64,000 nucleotides of DNA. It comes from Candidatus Colwellbacteria bacterium (GTDB taxonomy: Bacteria > Patescibacteriota > Minisyncoccia > UBA6257 > Colwellbacteraceae). Below are positions 57,798 through 64,000 of this stretch, one piece after another (position 1 is the stretch's first letter; every line of letters starts with the position of its first letter). The stretch lies in contig JACOWZ010000003.1 of the NCBI GenBank assembly GCA_016176525.1, positions 192,001 to 256,000 on the forward strand. Direction: 5' to 3'. Position numbers and translations under genes: made by a program. The notes beneath the pieces are model-generated. The model worked only from the letters and a program-made list of their open reading frames with translations, did not search any database and was not told where the DNA came from.

Positions 57798-58902
57798 GTT
57801 AATTATAATACCGGCAGGTTTTATGTCAGCTTTGATTATTGGAGCGGGGATGTTTTCCCTGCCTTATTTATTTTCTAAATCTGGTCTTGTGGTTGGATTT
57901 TTATATTTGGCGATCTTTGCGCCTCTTCTGGGGGTGCTGCACGTTATGTATTACGAGATAGTACAAAAAACTCCAGGGCACACCAGATTTGTGGGCTATG
58001 CGCGCAAATATCTCGGCATTCCAGGATTTGTCTTATCTCTTTTTACAACAGTTGTGGGACTTACTTTATCTTTGCTCATATATTTGGTTTTAGCTGCGAG
58101 TTTTATGCGTATAGTTCTGCCAGAGTTAAATGAATCATTTGTTGTATGGCCCTTGTGGGCAGCAGCTTCTTTTACAGTCTTAAAAGGCATAAAAAGTTTT
58201 GGCTGGATGGGAATTTTAATAACAGTTGTGCTTTCAGTTATAACGGTTCTATTTTTTATATTTGGTTTTCAGGTGTTTTTATCTATGGAATCTATTTGGG
58301 AGGCAAATTTCGCAAATTGGCTCTTGCCCTACGGAGCAGTGCTTTTTGCCTTATCGGGCAGGTCCGCGGTAACTGCGGTAAAAGAATATTTTGGAGAGAA
58401 AGGTGATAAATTCGCAAAGCCGTCTATATTTGCTGGCACTCTATTCCCAGTGCTTCTTTATGCTGTGTTTGTAATTGGCGTTTTAGGATTGTCTACTACG
58501 GTTTCGGAAAACGCGCTTGCGGGAATGGATCTGGCGCCAAGCATCCTTATTTGGGCGCTCGTTGTGGTCGGAGTGCTTTTTTCGTTTTGGGATTCTTATG
58601 TTTTCTTGGGTTTGGAGCTTAATTCCATTTTGAAGGAAGATTTCAAGCTTAAGAATTTAAGCAAGGTTTTAGTTGTTCTACTGCCCATCACGCTTTATTT
58701 TATGGGGCTTCAAAGTTTTATTGTGCTTGTGAGCGTTTCTGGCGGAATTTTTTTGGCGCTTGAGAGTATTTTGGTAATATCAATGTGGTTAAAGCTTGCG
58801 CCGAGAAGTATTCTCGTAAAGCTCGCTGCAAGCGTTCTTATTGCAATTTTTGTAATAGGAGGCGTGTTAGTTTTACAAGAGCTTGTATTAGCGTCCTCGT
58901 AG
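57772..58902 (+). CDS. Aromatic amino acid permease family transporter
   Basis: IIGAGMFSLPY, about 11 TMs, LPYGAVLFALSG; start uncertain. Confidence 0.82.
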   Translation: MTKSLNLLKLIIIPAGFMSALIIGAGMFSLPYLFSKSGLVVGFLYLAIFAPLLGVLHVMYYEIVQKTPGHTRFVGYARKYLGIPGFVLSLFTTVVGLTLSLLIYLVLAASFMRIVLPELNESFVVWPLWAAASFTVLKGIKSFGWMGILITVVLSVITVLFFIFGFQVFLSMESIWEANFANWLLPYGAVLFALSGRSAVTAVKEYFGEKGDKFAKPSIFAGTLFPVLLYAVFVIGVLGLSTTVSENALAGMDLAPSILIWALVVVGVLFSFWDSYVFLGLELNSILKEDFKLKNLSKVLVVLLPITLYFMGLQSFIVLVSVSGGIFLALESILVISMWLKLAPRSILVKLAASVLIAIFVIGGVLVLQELVLASS

Positions 58903-58964
58903 TTCAACGGATAGAATATCTCCCTCCGAAGGAGGTGATGCAGGTTCAATTCCTGCCGAGGACA
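58893..58964 (+). tRNA. tRNA-Arg(CCG), CCA not encoded
   Basis: Acceptor GTCCTCG/CGAGGAC, anticodon loop CTCCGAA, GCAGGTTCAATTCCTGC. Confidence 0.93.
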
Positions 58965-58995
58965 CAGGAAACCCGAATCGGGTTATAATTAGCTT

Positions 58996-59355
58996 ATGAC
59001 TGATGCAAATCCATTTTTCTATTTAGGCAAGAGATTTTTGTGGAGTATATTTTTCTTTTTCAATCATTGGTACGTTGGCGGTTTCAGGGCGTTTAGCCAC
59101 TTTACATTAGGCTTCTTTGAACGTTTAGATAAAACCTTCGCGCTTAAGGTGAATCTGCGCAATTTTTTTAAACCGCTTTACCAAGACAGAAGCTTTATCG
59201 GCTATGCGCTCGGGTTCGTTTTTAGAACAACCCGACTTTTTATAACGCTTGTTGTTTATACTTTTATTTTCTCTCTTATTTTTGTTGTGTTTCTATTTTG
59301 GATGCTTGTTCCACTGGTCGTCGTATATAGAATTATTCATGGAATTATATTTTAA
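58996..59355 (+). CDS. Aromatic-rich membrane protein overlapping the Clp ATPase start
   Basis: FF.HWY, NFFKPLYQD, GFVFR, C-terminal TM. Confidence 0.75.
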   Translation: MTDANPFFYLGKRFLWSIFFFFNHWYVGGFRAFSHFTLGFFERLDKTFALKVNLRNFFKPLYQDRSFIGYALGFVFRTTRLFITLVVYTFIFSLIFVVFLFWMLVPLVVVYRIIHGIIF

Positions 59356-61822
59356 AGAACCCTTACTGCAGATGGGGCCATATTCCCGTGTCATTGTGCG
59401 CGTTCTAAGGGGAATATGGTTTAGCATAATCGTTGTTGCCACGGTAATATTCCTTTCTAATTGGAATGACGTAGAGCCGCTTTACTGGATTGGTATTTTA
59501 ATCTCGCTTTACTTAGCTGAACGGTTAGTGCATTTCGGTAAGCCTGTAGATTCTTTGCATTATTACCGTGGTAAAAAACAGGCTAATGTTGCTCGGTTTA
59601 TGTCTCCTAAGGCAAGAAGTTATGTAATAAGGGCCGCAGATAAAACCTTTTTTCGTGGCGGCAAGTTTGCGATAAACGCCGCTTACATTCTTTTAGAAGA
59701 CCGCGGCGTTTATGGCGCGGTTTTGCGCTTGGGTGTGGATGTGGACGAGCTAAAAGCAAAACTTACTGAATGCCTTAAAGATTATAAAGAAAAATCGAGT
59801 ACAAAAGACATCCAAAGGGATGCCGAAATTCTTTCTGTAGGCGCCTTTAGGAGGGCTATTGATTTGGCCGAGGCCGATATTTCGCCCGCGGATGTTTTTG
59901 CTGCATTAGAAGATTTAGGCGACCCCGACCTTAAAAGAATCTTGAATTTGTTTGAAATACAATCTGGCGATGTAAGCGAGATGATGATATTCGCCCGCGT
60001 TAAGAGTTTTTCACGGCGCATACCTGCCGTACTCGGCGGTTTTGCAGCAAGGCACATTAGACACAGGGTTATAAACCGCGCTTGGACTTCTAGGCCGACT
60101 CCTATGCTTGATTTATACGGCGAAGATTTTACAGATATGGCCCGCGCTGGCAGAGCAGGATTTTTGGTTGGCCACAGAGAAGAATACGAAAGGCTGCTTA
60201 ATGTTCTATCGCGTTCCTCGCAGCCGAATGCGCTTTTAGTGGGTGAGCCTGGCATAGGTAAAGAAACGGTTGTAGCGCACCTTGCGCACCAGATTATAAA
60301 AGACAAAGTTCCATCGGAACTTTTTGATAAACGTTTAGTGTCTTTGAATATTGGCAGGCTTGTATCGGGGGCCGAGCAGGCGGAATTGCAGGCAAGAATT
60401 CAAAGGGTTTTTGGAGAAATTCTGCGTGCGGGTAATATTATCTTGTATGTTCCGGATATTCATAACATGCTAAAAACTGCTAGTGTTGAAGGGCAAATGT
60501 CTGCGGCAGACACTATCATTCCATTTTTAACTTCTGACAACTTTCCGCTAATAGGCACAACATACCCAAACGAATTTAAGCAATATTTAGAGCGCGACAG
60601 CGCCTTCGTAGGTGCCTTTGAAGTTATACGGTTAGAGAGCGTTAAGCCAGAAGAGGCGCGCAAAATTTTAATATTTGAAAGTTTAATACTTGAATCAACA
60701 TATAAGGTGCAGATAACATATCCGGCTATTAAGTCTGCAGTAAAGCTTGCAGAGAAATATTTTGGGTCTTCGCCATTGCCCGGCTCTGCGATCGGACTTT
60801 TAAGGGAGGCGGTGTCTGATACACGCAGACGCGGTGATAATCAAGTAGGTGAAGAAAGTGTAATAGCTGTTGCAGAAACCCGCACAAAGGTGCCGATACA
60901 AAGAGCAGGGCTCGTAGAAAGCGAAGTACTTTTAAATTTAGAAGAAATTATTCATCGCGAGCTTATAGACCAAGAACCGGCTGTAAGTGCGGTTGCCAGA
61001 AGTCTAAGGGAATACAGAAGCGGCCTTGCGCGCCGCGGTGGGCCGATAGGTGCGTTTCTTTTTGTAGGGCCTACGGGGGTTGGTAAAACGGAGCTCTCTA
61101 AGATACTGGCCAAACTTCAGTTTGGGAGTGTTGAGGCGATGGTGCGCTTTGATATGTCTGAATATCAAGACAAGAAAAACTTGTTTCAGCTTATCGGTTC
61201 GCCGGACGGAACGCTCACCGGCGCGCTAACAGAGAGAATATTGGAGGCGCCATATAGCTTGATTTTGTTGGATGAGTTTGAAAAAGCCCATCCGGATATT
61301 TTGAATATTTTCCTACAAGTTCTGGACGACGGCAGATTAACAGACAGCTTGGGGAGAGTAGTGGATTTTACAAACACTATAATAATCGCTACCTCTAACG
61401 CGCATTCGGATTTTATAAAGAGGGAATTGGAAGCCGACAAAAGTATGGATGAGATTGCTGAAGGAGTTAAGAAAAAACTAACCGCGTTTTTCCGGCCAGA
61501 GCTTTTAAATAGATTTTCTGCAACCATTGTGTTTAAAAATTTGTCGCCGGAAGATATTACCCAGATTGCACGCTTGCAAGTTAAGGACTTTGCACTTCAG
61601 CTTTACGAAGAGCAGGGAATTAAAATTTCTTTTTCTGAAGAGGCAATAAATAGACTCTCAAGCCTAGGGTATGACCCTGCTTATGGGGCAAGGCCGCTTA
61701 GAAGAGCGATATCAGAATATATTAAAAACCCGCTATCAAAACTTATTTTATCTGGCGAAGTTGCAAGAGGTTCCGAGGTTAAAGTTGAAGAACGCGATGG
61801 AGAGATTAAACTAGAATTGTGA
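59339..61822 (+). CDS. ClpA/ClpB-family AAA+ ATPase with N-terminal TM helices; start at MELYFKEP
   Basis: Two N-terminal TMs; NBD1 GEPGIGKE; NBD2 GPTGVGKTE, RFDMSEY, LLDEFEKAH, FRPELLNR, GARPLRR. Confidence 0.88.
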   Translation: MELYFKEPLLQMGPYSRVIVRVLRGIWFSIIVVATVIFLSNWNDVEPLYWIGILISLYLAERLVHFGKPVDSLHYYRGKKQANVARFMSPKARSYVIRAADKTFFRGGKFAINAAYILLEDRGVYGAVLRLGVDVDELKAKLTECLKDYKEKSSTKDIQRDAEILSVGAFRRAIDLAEADISPADVFAALEDLGDPDLKRILNLFEIQSGDVSEMMIFARVKSFSRRIPAVLGGFAARHIRHRVINRAWTSRPTPMLDLYGEDFTDMARAGRAGFLVGHREEYERLLNVLSRSSQPNALLVGEPGIGKETVVAHLAHQIIKDKVPSELFDKRLVSLNIGRLVSGAEQAELQARIQRVFGEILRAGNIILYVPDIHNMLKTASVEGQMSAADTIIPFLTSDNFPLIGTTYPNEFKQYLERDSAFVGAFEVIRLESVKPEEARKILIFESLILESTYKVQITYPAIKSAVKLAEKYFGSSPLPGSAIGLLREAVSDTRRRGDNQVGEESVIAVAETRTKVPIQRAGLVESEVLLNLEEIIHRELIDQEPAVSAVARSLREYRSGLARRGGPIGAFLFVGPTGVGKTELSKILAKLQFGSVEAMVRFDMSEYQDKKNLFQLIGSPDGTLTGALTERILEAPYSLILLDEFEKAHPDILNIFLQVLDDGRLTDSLGRVVDFTNTIIIATSNAHSDFIKRELEADKSMDEIAEGVKKKLTAFFRPELLNRFSATIVFKNLSPEDITQIARLQVKDFALQLYEEQGIKISFSEEAINRLSSLGYDPAYGARPLRRAISEYIKNPLSKLILSGEVARGSEVKVEERDGEIKLEL

Positions 61823-63543
61823 GCAATAAAGAAGTTGCAAAAATTTTGCGCGAGATTGGCGAGTATTTAGATATGCAGGAAGTGCCTTTCAAACCGCGCG
61901 CATATGAAAAAGCTGCAGATGCGTTGGATGACTTAGAAGAAGACTTGCGTGGAATATACGAGCGCGGCGGGTTAAAGGCGCTTGAAGGTATCCCTGGTGT
62001 TGGCGTATCTATTGCTGAGAAAATAGAAGAGCTTTTGCGCACTGGCAAACTTAAATATTACGAAAAATTAAAGCATAAGATGCCGGTGGACTTGGCAGAA
62101 CTTACAGGCATTGAGGGCTTGGGGCCCAAAAAGATTCAAGTTTTATATAAAAAACTAGGGATAAAGAATCTAAAAAACCTTGAAGAAGCAATTAAAAAAG
62201 GAAAAATTCGCAAGCTTGAGGGCTTTGGAGAAAAGTCGGAAGAAAATATTATGCGTGGCATAGAATTTTTAAAAAAGTCTTCTGGCAGGTTTCTGCTTGT
62301 GCCGATTATGCCGGCAATAGACGATTTAGTCGCAAATTTACGCAAAGTGCCCGGCGTTTCGCGCATTGATACTGCCGGTTCTACGCGCAGATGGAAAGAG
62401 ACTATAGGAGATATTGATATTCTGGCGGCGTCTTATCAGCCTAAAAAAATAATGGATGCTTTTGTAAATATGCCGGAGGTTGCTATGAAACTGGCGCATG
62501 GCCCAACTAAGTCTGCAGTAAAGTTAAAGAATGGTTTAGACGTTGATTTAAGGGTTGTGCCAGAGAAGTCTTATGGTGCTGCGCTTAATTATTTTACTGG
62601 CTCTAAAGCGCACAATATAGCGCTTCGTCAGCTTGCTATAGAACACGGTTGGAAACTCAATGAATATGGTTTATTCAAGGGCAAAACACAGATTGCCGGC
62701 AAGACAGAGGAAGAGTTATATAAAAAACTGGGTCTGATTTACATTCCGCCGGAGATGCGCGAGAACACTGGCGAAATTGAACTTGCTGCCAAAGACAATC
62801 TTCCAAAGCTTATTGAATACGGCACAATTGCAGGGGATTTGCAGGTGCAAACAACTTGGTCTGACGGTGCAAATTCAATTGAAGAGATGGCAAATGCCGC
62901 AATAGGCATGCGCTTGGAGTATATTGCAATTACAGACCACACAAAGCGTTTGGCTATGACAGGTGGTTTAGATGAAAAGCGCCTGCGACAACAAGGCAAA
63001 GAAATAGACAAAATTAATTTAAAATTTAAAATTTCAAATTTAAAATTCAGGATACTGAAGTCCACCGAGTGCGATATATTAAAAGACGGCTCACTAGATT
63101 TAAAAGACGATGTATTAGCAGAGCTTGATATTGTCGGCGCCTCCGTACACTCGTATTTTAATTTGCCGGAGCACGAGCAGACAGAGAGGATAATTAAGGC
63201 AATGAAGAATAAAAATGTGGATATTGTTTTCCACCCAACCGGGCGCGTTATCGGCAAACGCGACCCCTACAAGGTAGATATAGATAAAATTATTAGTGTT
63301 GCAAAAGAGACCGGTACTGTTTTGGAGATAAACAGTTATCCAGACAGGTCTGACCTTAAGGACGAGTATATTAGAAAGTGTGTTGATGCCGGCGTTAAGC
63401 TCGCAATTGATTCAGATGCGCACTCTGTCTCCCACCTTAAGTTTTTAGATTATGGAATTTCGCAGGCAAGAAGAGGGTGGGCTAAGAAGAGTGATATTAT
63501 AAATGCTTGGCCGGTGGAAAAGATGCTTTCCATGCTAAAATAA
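61819..63543 (+). CDS. polX: DNA polymerase X family with C-terminal PHP domain
   Basis: HhH motifs GIPGVG and GLGPKK, GSTRR, GDIDIL, YFTGSK, PHP with TDH and DSDAH. Confidence 0.94.
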   Translation: MSNKEVAKILREIGEYLDMQEVPFKPRAYEKAADALDDLEEDLRGIYERGGLKALEGIPGVGVSIAEKIEELLRTGKLKYYEKLKHKMPVDLAELTGIEGLGPKKIQVLYKKLGIKNLKNLEEAIKKGKIRKLEGFGEKSEENIMRGIEFLKKSSGRFLLVPIMPAIDDLVANLRKVPGVSRIDTAGSTRRWKETIGDIDILAASYQPKKIMDAFVNMPEVAMKLAHGPTKSAVKLKNGLDVDLRVVPEKSYGAALNYFTGSKAHNIALRQLAIEHGWKLNEYGLFKGKTQIAGKTEEELYKKLGLIYIPPEMRENTGEIELAAKDNLPKLIEYGTIAGDLQVQTTWSDGANSIEEMANAAIGMRLEYIAITDHTKRLAMTGGLDEKRLRQQGKEIDKINLKFKISNLKFRILKSTECDILKDGSLDLKDDVLAELDIVGASVHSYFNLPEHEQTERIIKAMKNKNVDIVFHPTGRVIGKRDPYKVDIDKIISVAKETGTVLEINSYPDRSDLKDEYIRKCVDAGVKLAIDSDAHSVSHLKFLDYGISQARRGWAKKSDIINAWPVEKMLSMLK

Positions 63544-63549
63544 ATATTT

Positions 63550-64000
63550 ATGCGAGAAATATCAGCTGGAATAATAGTTTTTAGGCGGATTTCTGGAGGT
63601 CCGCGCTTTTTGCTTTTGTACCACGGCGGCAAATATTGGAATTTCCCCAAGGGTAAACTAGAAGCCGAAGAAGGAAGCTTCGAAGCAGCAGTGCGCGAAA
63701 CCATGGAAGAGACCGGTCTTAAAAAGTCGGATTTAAGAATCTTTGACAGATTTAAGGCGTATGAAAATTTTCATTTTTCGCGCGGCAAGGTAAAGATTTT
63801 TAAGACCGTTATTTTTTATCTTGCAGAGAGTAAAACATCAGAAGTAAAAATTTCTAAAGAACACTATGGTTTTGGCTGGTTTGCATACAAAGAAGCAGCG
63901 GAAATGTTAAAACACTATAAAGATAGTTTAGTTGTACTCAAAAAAGCCTTTAACTATATTAGGTTTCCTAAGCGCGTGGTAGAACGGAAGAAACAATCTC
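63550..64000 (+). CDS. NUDIX hydrolase, Ap4A hydrolase-like; truncated by the window edge
   Basis: MREISAGIIVF, WNFPKGKLE...AAVRETMEETGL Nudix box, SKEH; frame open to the end. Confidence 0.9.
   Translation, partial: MREISAGIIVFRRISGGPRFLLLYHGGKYWNFPKGKLEAEEGSFEAAVRETMEETGLKKSDLRIFDRFKAYENFHFSRGKVKIFKTVIFYLAESKTSEVKISKEHYGFGWFAYKEAAEMLKHYKDSLVVLKKAFNYIRFPKRVVERKKQS

Noticed and set aside
1-64000. Alternative genetic code (TGA as Gly), as in some CPR lineages
   Set aside because: Conserved genes are full length under the standard code, and TGA terminates genes such as pnp and holA.

Overview
Origin-proximal core chromosome of a small-genome bacterium. Gene content points to Patescibacteria/CPR, probably Parcubacteria (inference): short YebC and Jag, a stand-alone 5'-3' exonuclease, scattered VirB2-like pilins with VirB4/PrgI/VirB6/VirD4-like genes, a membrane-anchored Clp ATPase, and few Shine-Dalgarno sites. 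Standard code, with TGA used as stop. The window holds dnaN-dnaA-rpmH-rnpA-yidC-jag, many housekeeping genes and four tRNAs: Leu-TAG, Ile-TAT, Val-TAC and Arg-CCG. No CRISPR array, rRNA, prophage or transposase was seen. The most unusual signals are non-coding: (1) two ~166-167 bp structured elements that each follow a different tRNA, carry an antisense copy of that tRNA's own T-arm and end in a duplicate of its 3' end; (2) a 273 bp element with 18 bp terminal inverted repeats in the end of yidC that shares a motif with one of the tRNA elements; (3) an array of parS-like half-sites with no complete parS; (4) a candidate ~165 nt structured ncRNA behind a perfect sigma70 promoter; (5) a tRNA-Ile with anticodon UAU; (6) heptamer microrepeats in and between genes. 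Small-protein oddities include a 53 aa, 62% acidic peptide absent from the ORF track and a protein built of 17 aa repeats. All calls come from reading the sequence; no searches were run.
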